Positions 8,544-18,284 of a DNA stretch of 64,000 nt are shown here, piece by piece; within the stretch, counting starts at the first letter, position 1, and each line of letters starts with the position of its first letter. The position numbers and the translations under genes were made by a program. The DNA comes from Marinobacter sp. B9-2. GTDB lineage: Bacteria; Pseudomonadota; Gammaproteobacteria; Pseudomonadales; Oleiphilaceae. Location of the stretch: positions 8,454 through 72,453 of the forward strand of contig PYVH01000001.1 in the NCBI GenBank assembly GCA_003030785.1, given 5' to 3'. Under the pieces are notes generated by a model. It searched no databases and was not told where the DNA came from. It saw nothing but the letters and a program-made list of their open reading frames with translations.

Positions 8544-9013
8544 TGACAGCTTCACAAGCAAGACCCGACGTTTTTACCGTTCACTACGTACTGAAAAACA
8601 AGATCGGCGAGCTGGTTGATACTTCCGAAGGCAGTGAGCCCCTGCACTTTGTCTACGGCAGCCCCGAGATTATTGAAGGGATTCAGCAGGCGGTAAAAGA
8701 CCGCAATGTTGGGGATTGCCTGGAGGTAACGGTGCCGCCGGCCATGGCGTATGGCGAACACAAGCCGGAGCTGGTGCGCAAGGTGCCGCGCTCACTGTTT
8801 GAAGGCATCGAGAACCTGCAGATTGGCATGAAATTCCAGACCAACACCGGCGATGAAGCTCAGATCGTGCAGGTTGTCGGGATCGACGGCAATCTGGTGA
8901 AGGTGGATGCCAATCACCCGCTGGCGGGCTTTACCCTGTACTTTGATCTGGAGATCGTGGGCCGCCGTGAAGCGACGGAAGATGAGGTAGCCCAGGGTCG
9001 TCCCCTGTTCTGA
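8543..9013 (+). CDS. FKBP-type peptidyl-prolyl isomerase (SlyD/SlpA-like)
   Basis: VHYVL...G.LVDTS...PL.FV.G, PPAMAYGE, VDANHPLAG.TL.FD; start overlaps the upstream stop (TGATG). Confidence 0.9.
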   Translation: MTASQARPDVFTVHYVLKNKIGELVDTSEGSEPLHFVYGSPEIIEGIQQAVKDRNVGDCLEVTVPPAMAYGEHKPELVRKVPRSLFEGIENLQIGMKFQTNTGDEAQIVQVVGIDGNLVKVDANHPLAGFTLYFDLEIVGRREATEDEVAQGRPLF

Positions 9014-9791
9014 GGAGGTCCGTTATCGGCTCGTCGTATTCGCCGCCGTATACCCGTGTCAGGCCGTCGAGAACGGTTTCTCGCAGGCGGGCGGCCAACT
9101 CACCGGTTGGGGCCTGATCCGATGGGTACACCGGTGCATGGAAGACAACGTCGACCCGGGCAGAGGGCTGTCTGAGCATTCGCAGCAGATGTCTGTGGAA
9201 CTCATCGTCTCCAATAAAAGGAGCCAGATGGTCTGGTCGCCCGTCTCGGCGATAAGCGATGGTGACGGGCTGGATTGGTGTCTTGCTTTCCGGTGCGGCC
9301 TTGAGCAACAGGCCGTGGAACGGTAATACGGTCAGACCTGCGCTGGTGGTTCCTTCCGGGTAGACCAGGACATTCTCTCCAGCCTGCAAATTCTCGATAA
9401 TCTGGTCCCGGACGCGGCGGGCCTGACCGCCTCCCCGCCGGATGAAAAGCGTGCCGGCCTGTCGTGCCAGCCAGCCTATGACCGGCCACTGGCCAACCTC
9501 GGCTTTCGACAGGAACCGGATCGGTGCCAGGCTCCCCAGAATCGGAATATCTGACCAGCTGATGTGGTTGCTGACGAACAGAACGGTATCGTCTGAGGGT
9601 GAACCGTGCTGGTGTATATGCAGCCCCAGGCACCGGCAGGCCCACCGGAAACAGAATCTGGCCCAGGGTGTCCGATCAATGGCTTTGCGGGTAACCACTT
9701 CAGTGATCCGCAAACCGGCGGCCAGCATCGTGGTGGCTGCCAGGAAAGCCATAAAGGCAGTGATTCGAACGCAGAGTCTCAGCCGGCTCAT
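8931..9791 (-). CDS. olsA: Lyso-ornithine lipid O-acyltransferase (PlsC family)
   Basis: NHISWSD (HX4D), FIRRG and YPEGT acyltransferase motifs; directly downstream of the olsB-like gene; start set at MSRLRL. Confidence 0.8.
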   Translation of the reverse strand: MSRLRLCVRITAFMAFLAATTMLAAGLRITEVVTRKAIDRTPWARFCFRWACRCLGLHIHQHGSPSDDTVLFVSNHISWSDIPILGSLAPIRFLSKAEVGQWPVIGWLARQAGTLFIRRGGGQARRVRDQIIENLQAGENVLVYPEGTTSAGLTVLPFHGLLLKAAPESKTPIQPVTIAYRRDGRPDHLAPFIGDDEFHRHLLRMLRQPSARVDVVFHAPVYPSDQAPTGELAARLRETVLDGLTRVYGGEYDEPITDLLRTGDDPGLPHLPSLHGGPRSPDQSTG

Positions 9792-9808
9792 CTCCCAGAC
9801 TCCCGGTT

Positions 9809-10570
9809 TCAGGACGCCGTGCGCATGAAGTGGCGGCTGTAGCGGCCGGCCAGTTTGCTGACCTCCAGCACGACCAGCAGATCGGCACAACGGAAATCCG
9901 GATCCCAGCAGGGTTCACCGCAGACCCGGGCGCCCAGGCGCATGTAGGCACGGATCAGGGCGGGGACGTCCACCGGGCGATCGTTGTCCCGTGTGTGGGT
10001 CAGGTGCGGCATGGCCCGGAGCGGTTTGACCAGAAAAGCCGTGTCGGCCAGGTACTCGTTCTGGAGATGGCGGGCGATGCGCCAGGCCTTCAGCCCTCCG
10101 TCAGACATCCCGATGCTCGCACAGCCGATCATGTAGTCAACGCCGCGTTCAACCAGGTATTCGGCCACGGCCGACCAGAGCAGGCTGATGGTCGCGCCGT
10201 TGCGGTAGTCCGGGTGAACACAGGTGCGACCCAGTTCGGCGATGGTGCCGGGAAGATGTTCCAGGGCGCTCAGATCAAACTCGCCTGCCGAGTAAAAGCC
10301 GCCAACGGCTGCCGTGTCTGCCTGATGCAGGATTCGCGTGGTCGCTACCAGCTCGCCGGAATCCAGGTCGGTTACGACCAGGTGGTCACACACGGTGTCG
10401 AACTCGTCGGCGTCGATGCCTGGCGTCTGTGCGCCCAGGTCGCTGCCATACTCCTCCGAAAACACTCGGTAACGCAGTCGCTGGGCCGCCTCCACCTGTT
10501 TCGGGCACCGGGTCATGTCGGTTTTCAGTCGACGGGCGCTGCGGCGGGCTTTTGCGGTTTGTGTGGTCAT
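9809..10570 (-). CDS. olsB: Ornithine N-acyltransferase (GNAT, OlsB family)
   Basis: AQRLRYRVFSEE, D.DEFD..CDHL, GGFYSAGEFD, ELGRTCVHPDYRNG, PALIRAYMRLGARVCGEP.WDPDF..AD; start MTTQT. Confidence 0.85.
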   Translation of the reverse strand: MTTQTAKARRSARRLKTDMTRCPKQVEAAQRLRYRVFSEEYGSDLGAQTPGIDADEFDTVCDHLVVTDLDSGELVATTRILHQADTAAVGGFYSAGEFDLSALEHLPGTIAELGRTCVHPDYRNGATISLLWSAVAEYLVERGVDYMIGCASIGMSDGGLKAWRIARHLQNEYLADTAFLVKPLRAMPHLTHTRDNDRPVDVPALIRAYMRLGARVCGEPCWDPDFRCADLLVVLEVSKLAGRYSRHFMRTAS

Positions 10571-10602
10571 GGCGTCGTCTCTTTTGTTTCCATTTCCCGA
10601 CA

Positions 10603-10658
10603 AGCCTATGAAGCCGGTATGACACATCGGTGACCACGAGGTGACGTGTCTGTGACAC
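10603..10658 (-). promoter_or_regulatory. Pho box array plus -10 element for olsBA
   Basis: Minus strand GTGTCAC-AGAC-ACGTCAC-CTCG-TGGTCAC-CGAT-GTGTCAT (four units, 11-bp period, 10658-10619), 10 nt, then TAGGCT (10608-10603). Confidence 0.8.
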
Positions 10659-10817
10659 CGGGGAATGGATTGACGCTTGCGGGACCCGTGTCACAGGGTG
10701 TAACGAAGCGGCGGTTCCATGTATATTTCTGAATAGCATGTATAATTGCTGTTACAGCAGGTTGCCTGTATTTTCAGGTACACAGAATGACCTGAAACCG
10801 GAATAACAAAACCAGAG

Positions 10818-11555
10818 ATGGATGGCGTGGAACAGACAAACGAAAGTTGGCGAATTCTGATTGTCGAGGACGACGAGCGGTTGGCAGAGTTAACCCGCGA
10901 ATATCTTGAAAGCAACGGGTTGACTGTCTCCCTGGAAACCCATGGCGGCCCCGCGGTAGAGCGGATCCGCAACGAGCAGCCGGATCTGGTGGTGCTGGAT
11001 CTGATGTTGCCGGGTGAGGACGGCTTGTCCATTTGCCGTCGGGTGCGTCCCTTCTATTCCGGCCCGATCATCATGCTGACCGCCCGCACCGACGATCTGG
11101 ACCAGGTTCTCGGTCTGGAAATGGGCGCCGACGACTACATCGGCAAGCCGGTCAAACCCAGGGTTTTGCTGGCCCGGATCCGCGCCATGCTGCGTCGGGT
11201 TACCGAGACCGGCCGGGCGTCGGCTGACGAATCTGGCGGCGAAGAGCCGGTACGTCTTCAGTTCAATGATCTGGTTGTCGATCGTTCCATGCGCGAAGCC
11301 TGGTTGAGCGATGAAAGCATTGATCTGACCAGCGCCGAGTTCGATCTGCTCTGGTTGCTGGCCAGCAACGCCGGCCGTGTTCTCAGTCGGGAAGAAATTT
11401 TCACTGCTTTGCGCGGCATTGAATACGATGGCCAGGACCGTTCGATTGATGTTCGCGTGTCCCGGATTCGCCCCAAAATTGGCGATGACCCCATCCATCC
11501 GCGGCGCATCAAGACCGTTCGCAGCAAAGGCTACCTGTTCGTAAAGGAAGCCTGA
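10818..11555 (+). CDS. OmpR-family response regulator (RstA-like)
   Basis: Receiver domain (ILIVEDD, LDLMLPG, GADDYIGKP) plus winged helix (RSIDVRVSRIR, IKTVRSKGY). Confidence 0.92.
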   Translation: MDGVEQTNESWRILIVEDDERLAELTREYLESNGLTVSLETHGGPAVERIRNEQPDLVVLDLMLPGEDGLSICRRVRPFYSGPIIMLTARTDDLDQVLGLEMGADDYIGKPVKPRVLLARIRAMLRRVTETGRASADESGGEEPVRLQFNDLVVDRSMREAWLSDESIDLTSAEFDLLWLLASNAGRVLSREEIFTALRGIEYDGQDRSIDVRVSRIRPKIGDDPIHPRRIKTVRSKGYLFVKEA

Positions 11556-11622
11556 CGATTCAGTCTCTGGAGCCGGTGTGTCATTCGCCAGCACACCGGT
11601 GTTCCATGCCAGGGTTGGTATC

Positions 11623-13200
11623 ATGCCCCTGAAGTTCTTCCTCAAGCTCTATGCCCGCCTTGCCGGCCTGACCGCGCTGGTTGTCCTGCTATGTGTCCTG
11701 CTGTTCACCGGTATCAATACGGTGCGCTCGCAGTTCTGGCACGAACGTTTTCCGGAGCCCCTGATGCGCTGGCTGGCGGCCGCCCCGGCGCCGGTACAAC
11801 AGTACCACTGGCTAACCTCGACGGTGGATCTCCGCATGGGTGCACCTTCCCGCTTCAATCTGTCTCCGGTGGCCCTGGAGCGACTTGGCTATGGCCAGGT
11901 GGTTGGTCTCGAGAGTGACGTTGGGTATCGGGTTCTGGTCACCGGCCTTTCCGGGGAGGTTCTCCAGCTCCGTCTGAACGAGCCCTATCGGGACGTGTCA
12001 GAAACCATTGGGCTGATCTTCCGCTGGCATCTTGATTCAGCCTCGGTAAATGACCGTCTCAATGTTGCTTCGCAGATGGCCCGGTCGCTCAATGTGGAAG
12101 TTCACCCCCCCCTGGACGACGCCGGTATGCTTCCGGACCCTGACGTTCTGGACCAGGTTGCCGAGCGGGGGCTTGCCTTTTACACCGACGAATCAGACGG
12201 TTGTGGCAGGGTGATTGTTCAGCTGTCCGATGGCGAACTGTACCGGATCGATATGCCAGCTGCATTTAATGCCTGGGCCTGGCCGGTGGTTCTTTTGCTG
12301 GTTCTGGTGCTCGGTGGGGTGCTGGCGGTTGCCCTGTTCCTCGCGCTCCGGGAGGTTGACAGTAATCTCAGAACCGTTGAGTCGGTCGCGGTTCGAATCG
12401 CACGCGGTGAAATGGGGGCCCGGGTTCAGGCTGGCGAAGGAAAGCTGGTTACCCGATTGGCCTCGTCTTTCAACGGCATGGCCGAGCACATACAGCGCCT
12501 GGTGCAGGTGCAGCGGGAAATGATTCATGCCGTTTCTCACGAACTGCGTACCCCGGTGGCCAGGATCCGCTTTGGGGTCCAGATGATCGAGGACTGCCAG
12601 GACCAGGCCGCGCTTCAGAAGCAGCTGGATGGCATTGATGGCGATATCCAGGAGCTGGACGAGCTGATCGACGAGATCCTGACCTATGCGCGGCTGGAGC
12701 AGGGTGGCCCGGTATTCTCCCTTCAGGAAAACTCGGTCACCGACATTGTCCGTCAGGTGATTTCTGAACAACAGATGGTTCGACCCGAGTTAAATATTGA
12801 AGGTAACATCGATGAGATCTCCGAGCGCTGGGCATTGTCTGATATCGAGCCTCGGTACCTGCATCGGGCGATCCAGAATCTGGTGGGCAACGCCGGTCAC
12901 TATGCCGCGGGCAAGGTGCTGGTAAGTTGCCACTTTGATGAGGACAACTGCCGCATCGACGTTGAAGACGATGGCCCCGGCATTCCCGAACAGGACTGGG
13001 AAAAAGTGTTTACCGCATTTGCCCGTCTGGACGACAGTCGTACCCGAACCTCTGGCGGCTACGGCCTCGGTCTGGCTATTGTCCGCCGGATTCTGTACTG
13101 GCACGGCGGCCACGCGTTCGTCAGCAGCAGTGACACACTTGGTGGCGCAAAATTCAGCCTGGTCTGGCCCCGAAAAAAGCCTGTGGACTCAATTGTGTGA
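11623..13200 (+). CDS. Sensor histidine kinase (RstB-like)
   Basis: Two TM segments, HAMP, H-box VSHELRTP, N-box NLVGNA, DDGPG and GGYGLGLAI. Confidence 0.9.
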   Translation: MPLKFFLKLYARLAGLTALVVLLCVLLFTGINTVRSQFWHERFPEPLMRWLAAAPAPVQQYHWLTSTVDLRMGAPSRFNLSPVALERLGYGQVVGLESDVGYRVLVTGLSGEVLQLRLNEPYRDVSETIGLIFRWHLDSASVNDRLNVASQMARSLNVEVHPPLDDAGMLPDPDVLDQVAERGLAFYTDESDGCGRVIVQLSDGELYRIDMPAAFNAWAWPVVLLLVLVLGGVLAVALFLALREVDSNLRTVESVAVRIARGEMGARVQAGEGKLVTRLASSFNGMAEHIQRLVQVQREMIHAVSHELRTPVARIRFGVQMIEDCQDQAALQKQLDGIDGDIQELDELIDEILTYARLEQGGPVFSLQENSVTDIVRQVISEQQMVRPELNIEGNIDEISERWALSDIEPRYLHRAIQNLVGNAGHYAAGKVLVSCHFDEDNCRIDVEDDGPGIPEQDWEKVFTAFARLDDSRTRTSGGYGLGLAIVRRILYWHGGHAFVSSSDTLGGAKFSLVWPRKKPVDSIV

Positions 13201-13285
13201 AGCAGGGCTCATCGCCTCACCTGATGTAACAAAGCGACTACACAAGCACTACTGAAGTTTTTCGCCGCCCGGCCAATAATTAACA

Positions 13286-13374
13286 GCGTAAGGGATGACT
13301 TTTGAGGTTGTAGTTCTTACGAACTTTCCTTGTTTCATTCGTCATTTGAGGGCCGGTTTTCCGGCCCTTTTTTT
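13286..13374 (+). ncRNA. Candidate small regulatory RNA
   Basis: CTGAAG-17-AATAAT promoter-like pair (13252-13280); 5' hairpin 13287-13321; U-rich linker; intrinsic terminator. Confidence 0.5.
13349..13374 (+). terminator. Rho-independent terminator
   Basis: AGGGCCGG-TTTT-CCGGCCCT followed by a T-run. Confidence 0.9.
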
Positions 13375-13457
13375 ATGCCCTTTCCCAAATTCCGTATCGA
13401 TCACCCTTTCCCGGCTGCTCTGCTGTTAGAATCTCAGGAAACAACAGGAGGCCAACC

Positions 13458-14939
13458 ATGACCCGTTATCTGCTCGCCATAGACCAGGGGACCACCAGTT
13501 CCCGTGCCATTGTTTTCGACCACACGGGAAACAGCGTTGCCACTGACCAGCAGGAATTTCACCAGTATTTCCCGAAAGATGGCTGGGTAGAGCATGATGC
13601 CCGGGAAATCTGGGACAGCACTCTGGCGGTGTGTCGTGGCGCTCTCGACAAAGCAGGCATCGAGGCCTCAGAGCTGGCGGGCATCGGCATCACCAATCAG
13701 CGTGAAACGACGGTGATCTGGGACAGGGCAACCGGCGAGCCGATCTACCACGCCATCGTCTGGCAGGACCGTCGAACGGCGTCCTGGTGTACCAAGCTGA
13801 AATCTGACGGCCATGAGGACATGGTTGTAGACCGCACCGGGCTGTTGATTGACCCTTACTTTTCGGCCACCAAGATTGCCTGGATCCTGGATAACGTGGA
13901 GGGCGCGCGCAGCCGGGCTGAATCCGGTGAGCTGGCTTTCGGGACCGTGGACAGCTGGCTGCTCTGGAACCTGACCGACGGCAAATCCCACTGTACCGAT
14001 GCCACCAATGCGTCCAGAACTGCGCTGTTCAATATTCACAAGCAGGACTGGGACGACGACCTTCTAACCCTGTTCCGTGTGCCCCGGGCCCTTTTGCCCG
14101 AGGTCCTGGACAGCGCCGCAGATTATGGCACCGCCGAAACCCGTTGGTTGGGCGGTCCGGTGTTAATTGCCGGGATTGCAGGGGACCAGCACGCCGCTCT
14201 GGTGGGGCAGGCGTGCTTTAGCCCGGGCATGGCCAAGAGCACCTACGGCACCGGCTGCTTCCTTATGCTCAATACCGGTGATCACGCGGTCCGATCCGAG
14301 AACCGGTTGCTGACCACCATGGCCTATCGCCTGAACGGCAAGCCCTGTTATGCCGTGGAGGGCAGTATTTTTGTCGCCGGTGCGGCCATGCAATGGTTGC
14401 GGGACGGGCTCAAGCTGATCGCCCATGCCAATGAATCGTCGGCCCATGCCGAGGCGGTCGGAGTCGACAACCCGGTGTATCTGGTGCCGGCGTTTACCGG
14501 TCTGGGGGCACCTCATTGGGACCCTCACGCCCGCGGCGCCATCATGGGACTGACCCGGGACACGGGAATTGGCGAGATTGTCACCGCCGGTCTGCAGTCG
14601 GTGTGTTATCAGACCAAGGATCTGGTGCGTGCGATACAGAACGACGGTGCCCGGCTTGAATCGCTGCGCGTGGACGGCGGGATGGTGGTGAACGACTGGG
14701 TCATGCAGTTCCTGGCCGACATACTGAATGTCACGGTTGATCGGCCCCGGGTCACCGAGACAACCGCGCTGGGCGCGGCCTACCTGGCGGGGCTGCAGAC
14801 CGGTGTTTTCGAAAGTCTTGAGCAAATTTCCGGGCTCTGGGCATGCGAGCGGCAGTTCCACCCGGAAATGCGCCCGGCTCTGCGAGAATCGCTCTACGCT
14901 GGCTGGCTGGATGCCGTCGAGCGCGTGTGCAACAACTAG
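13458..14939 (+). CDS. glpK: Glycerol kinase
   Basis: [57 protein letters not shown]. Confidence 0.95.
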   Translation: MTRYLLAIDQGTTSSRAIVFDHTGNSVATDQQEFHQYFPKDGWVEHDAREIWDSTLAVCRGALDKAGIEASELAGIGITNQRETTVIWDRATGEPIYHAIVWQDRRTASWCTKLKSDGHEDMVVDRTGLLIDPYFSATKIAWILDNVEGARSRAESGELAFGTVDSWLLWNLTDGKSHCTDATNASRTALFNIHKQDWDDDLLTLFRVPRALLPEVLDSAADYGTAETRWLGGPVLIAGIAGDQHAALVGQACFSPGMAKSTYGTGCFLMLNTGDHAVRSENRLLTTMAYRLNGKPCYAVEGSIFVAGAAMQWLRDGLKLIAHANESSAHAEAVGVDNPVYLVPAFTGLGAPHWDPHARGAIMGLTRDTGIGEIVTAGLQSVCYQTKDLVRAIQNDGARLESLRVDGGMVVNDWVMQFLADILNVTVDRPRVTETTALGAAYLAGLQTGVFESLEQISGLWACERQFHPEMRPALRESLYAGWLDAVERVCNN

Positions 14940-14949
14940 GGGGACTGAA

Positions 14950-16023
14950 TCAGGCGGTGCGTTCGAAGGCAATCAGGTGATCCGCCTCGACCCGCACCGG
15001 AACACGCTCACCCAGATTGAAATCCAGATGGCTACGGAACAGGGCTTCGAACTCCGTGTCCTCGGAACACCGGAAACGGTACAGGGTTGACGTGCCGGCA
15101 AAGGTTTTCTCAACAACCTTCGGCTGCAGACCCGAGTCGGGGTCATGAACGATGTCATCAGGGCGGATCAGCACGTCTACCAGGGTGCCGGGCTCCCATC
15201 TGTAAGCCCGGTTACCGTGGATCACTCCCAGTTCGGATTCGATAGTGTCCGGCCCAAGGGCCGTGCCGGGAATAAACCCTCCCTGGCCCACGAAGCTGGC
15301 AACGAAACGATTCGCCGGTTCATGGTAAAGGTTGTAGGGCACGTCCCACTGTTGGATCCTGCCGTCACGCAACACCGCGACCTGGTCGCACATGGCGAAG
15401 GCTTCCTGCTGGTCGTGGGTGACCAGGATAGCGCTGATGCCCAGGGTCTTCAGGATGTCGCGAACATCCAGGCTCAGCCGCCGGCGCAAGTCCGCATCCA
15501 GGTTGGAAAACGGCTCATCCAGCAGGATCAGGGTTGGCTCGGGTGCCAGGGCGCGGGCCAGCGCAACCCGCTGCTGCTGTCCGCCAGACAGTTCATGGGG
15601 ATAGTTGTCGGCCAGGTCCTGCAGGTGCACGACATTGAGCAGTTCCATGACTTTCTGCCGCTTTTCCGCCTTTTTCAGATTACGCAGGCCAAATCCGACG
15701 TTGTCGGCGATGGTCAGGTGCGGAAACAGGGCGTAGTCCTGAAACACCATGCCGATCCGCCGTTTTTCCGGGGGCAGGGTGCGTCCGGGCAGGCTGATGG
15801 CCTGGGACTGCAGGCAGATTTCACCACCGCTCAGTGGCAGAAAACCGGCGAGGGCACGCAGTATGGTGCTCTTGCCGCAACCGCTGGGGCCGAGAAGGCA
15901 ACCGATGTCGCCATGACTCAGGGCAAAACTGACATCCTTCACCACGGAATCCCCGCCGTAACCACAGGACAGGTTATTGACCTCAAGCAGCCAGTCTGCC
16001 GGAGATTGCGCGGTTGTTCTCAT
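14950..16023 (-). CDS. ABC transporter ATP-binding protein (FbpC/PotA-like)
   Basis: Walker A GPSGCGKS, VFQDYALFPH, LSGGQQQRVALARAL, LLDEPFSNLD. Confidence 0.9.
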   Translation of the reverse strand: MRTTAQSPADWLLEVNNLSCGYGGDSVVKDVSFALSHGDIGCLLGPSGCGKSTILRALAGFLPLSGGEICLQSQAISLPGRTLPPEKRRIGMVFQDYALFPHLTIADNVGFGLRNLKKAEKRQKVMELLNVVHLQDLADNYPHELSGGQQQRVALARALAPEPTLILLDEPFSNLDADLRRRLSLDVRDILKTLGISAILVTHDQQEAFAMCDQVAVLRDGRIQQWDVPYNLYHEPANRFVASFVGQGGFIPGTALGPDTIESELGVIHGNRAYRWEPGTLVDVLIRPDDIVHDPDSGLQPKVVEKTFAGTSTLYRFRCSEDTEFEALFRSHLDFNLGERVPVRVEADHLIAFERTA

Positions 16024-16027
16024 GAAG

Positions 16028-16942
16028 TCAGTCCAGGCGGTTCAGGATGAGAAATTCAAGCAGGGCCTTCTGGGCATGCAGGCGGTTTTCGGCCTCGTCC
16101 CAGACGACGGAGGCGGGATGCTCCATCATGTCTGCCGAGATTTCCTCGCCACGGTGGGCCGGGAGGCAATGCATGAAGAGCGCGTCCTTATCGGCTACAG
16201 CGAGCAGCTCCGGGTTGATCTGATAGCCGCTGAACGCTTTTTCACGGGCCTTCTGTTCGTCTTCCTGGCCCATGGAGGCCCAGACATCCGTTACCAGAAG
16301 CTGGGCGTTACGGGCCGCTTCTGCCGGGTCCCGGACCACATTGATCCGGTCTTCGTGGCCCTTGAGCAGTGATTCGGCCGGTTCGTAGCCTTCGGGGCAG
16401 GCAATGTTCAGATTGAAATCAAACTGGGCCGCGGCGTTAATGTACGAGTGGCACATGTTGTTGCCGTCGCCGATCCAGGCCACGGTGGCACCGCGAATGC
16501 TGCCACGGTGCTCGCGGTATGTCTGCATGTCGGCCAGCAGCTGGCAGGGATGAAAATCATCGGTCAGGGCGTTGATCACTGGCACCCTGGATGCAGCGGC
16601 AAAGCGCTCCACTGTCTCGTGGGCAAAGGTGCGGATCATCACCGCGTCGACCATGCTGGAGATGACAATGGCAGAGTCTTCAATGGGTTCGCCGCGGCCG
16701 AGCTGGGTATCCCTGGGTGACAGGAACAATGCGGAGCCGCCGAGCTGGGTCATGCCGGCTTCAAAGGAAACCCTGGTTCGCGTGGAGGATTTCTCGAAGA
16801 TCATCGCAAGGACACGGTTTTTCAGGGAGTCCCGGACCTTGCCTTGCCGCCATTCGTTGCGCAGTGCCGATGCATGATCAACCAGGCTTTCCAGCTCGGT
16901 GGTTGTCATGTCATTCAATGTCAGAAAATGTCTTGCCGCCAT
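16028..16942 (-). CDS. argF: Ornithine carbamoyltransferase
   Basis: [35 protein letters not shown]. Confidence 0.96.
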   Translation of the reverse strand: MAARHFLTLNDMTTTELESLVDHASALRNEWRQGKVRDSLKNRVLAMIFEKSSTRTRVSFEAGMTQLGGSALFLSPRDTQLGRGEPIEDSAIVISSMVDAVMIRTFAHETVERFAAASRVPVINALTDDFHPCQLLADMQTYREHRGSIRGATVAWIGDGNNMCHSYINAAAQFDFNLNIACPEGYEPAESLLKGHEDRINVVRDPAEAARNAQLLVTDVWASMGQEDEQKAREKAFSGYQINPELLAVADKDALFMHCLPAHRGEEISADMMEHPASVVWDEAENRLHAQKALLEFLILNRLD

Positions 16943-17180
16943 GCAATGGCCCTTATCTCAACGAACCCGCCGCTGGCGGGGTTGCCTGAACGTTGGCTGA
17001 AAAAAATGGGGCATCAAGTCTAGCCCTTCGGAGCAGGTATGACAACGCTGTAGCGGGCCTGGAACTGCGGGCGTTGTGCCAGGTCAAATCAAGGTGTTTG
17101 GTGAGGGGTTCGGCACCCGTGTACAATATCGTCAAGAAAATTGCCGTGTGGCAAGACTGTTCCAACAGAGGTGAATGTTC

Positions 17181-17507
17181 ATGGACATCAATGAAACCAT
17201 TAAAAGCCAGCTCGAAGAGAATCCGATCATTCTGTACATGAAGGGTAGCCCCCAGGCGCCCCAGTGTGGCTTCTCCGCGAAGACTGTGCAGGCTGTGATG
17301 GCTTGTGGCGAGCGCTTTGCCTTCGTGAACATCCTGGATAACCAGGAGCTTCGCGAGGCCCTGAAAGTTTACTCCAGCTGGCCGACCTACCCGCAGCTTT
17401 ACATCAACGGTGAGCTGGTTGGCGGTTGTGACATCGTTCTGGAAATGTCCGAGAGCGGTGAATTGGCCAAGCTCGTCAAAGAGGCTGCGAAGCAGGCGGA
17501 AGCCTAA
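17181..17507 (+). CDS. grxD: Monothiol glutaredoxin Grx4
   Basis: MKGSPQAPQCGFS, WPTYPQL, GGCDI; GAGG RBS spacing favours ATG 17181. Confidence 0.94.
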   Translation: MDINETIKSQLEENPIILYMKGSPQAPQCGFSAKTVQAVMACGERFAFVNILDNQELREALKVYSSWPTYPQLYINGELVGGCDIVLEMSESGELAKLVKEAAKQAEA

Positions 17508-17526
17508 AGCCTGAAGCCGCTGCCGG

Positions 17527-18279
17527 TCAGAGCCGTTTCGGGGTGAACAGCAGTTCGACCTCGAAGCGGTTCCGGCTCTCGCTGTCATTTGGCGGTTGGG
17601 GGTAGGGGCTCGCCGCCAGGGCGGCCCGATAAGCAGCCTCGTCAATTCTCCTGATCCCCGTCGATTTCAGCACCCTTGCCCGGGTCAGGGCGCCATTTCC
17701 TAGCAATTGCAGCTCCACCTCCATGGCCACTGTTTCGGTCAACTCACTCATTGCCGGCACTCGCAGCTCCTCCAACTGCCGGGCCAGGTGGATGGCCAGC
17801 TTGACCACGTAAGGGTCCAGTTCAGCCGGTGACTCCGTTATTCGGGTAACGCGCTCTTCCGGGGTTTCCGGAGACCGTTCTGGTTCCGCTCCAGCAGAGG
17901 CGCTGGTGCTTGCCTGTGCAGCTTCGCTTTCCGGGGCACTGGTATTGGTTTGCTCACTCCGTGTCACGGCGTCAGGTTGGCGGGAGGTGACCATCTCGGG
18001 TTCCGGTGGGGATTCGGGGCGAGGGGGATCAACCTTAAAACGCGGAATTCGGGGTGCGTCCTGGTTCGGGCTGGGGGGTTCAGATCTGTTGGCGACGGTT
18101 TCTCGTGCGCCCGGGGGCACCAGCTCAAAACGGATGCTCTCTCTGTGCGCGGCCGTCTGTTCTTCCATGGGAGTGGGGAGGCCTGAGAGCAGCAGCGTGT
18201 GAAGGAATAGTGCCAGAGATGCTGCAAGCCCCAGCCGGTACGCAGCCGGCAGGGCATTGGGGCTGCTTTTTCCAGGCAT
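17527..18279 (-). CDS. TonB/TolA C-terminal domain protein
   Basis: N-terminal TM with S..LH motif, Pro/Ser/Glu-rich linker, C-terminal ARVLKSTG..IDEAA.RA...ASPYP.PP. Confidence 0.75.
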   Translation of the reverse strand: MPGKSSPNALPAAYRLGLAASLALFLHTLLLSGLPTPMEEQTAAHRESIRFELVPPGARETVANRSEPPSPNQDAPRIPRFKVDPPRPESPPEPEMVTSRQPDAVTRSEQTNTSAPESEAAQASTSASAGAEPERSPETPEERVTRITESPAELDPYVVKLAIHLARQLEELRVPAMSELTETVAMEVELQLLGNGALTRARVLKSTGIRRIDEAAYRAALAASPYPQPPNDSESRNRFEVELLFTPKRL

Positions 18280-18284
18280 TGGCG

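Noticed and set aside
17066..17081. Possible sigma54 site TGGCAC-N5-CCGCA on the minus strand upstream of argF
   Set aside because: The -12 half is a poor match and could arise by chance in GC-rich DNA; no supporting evidence
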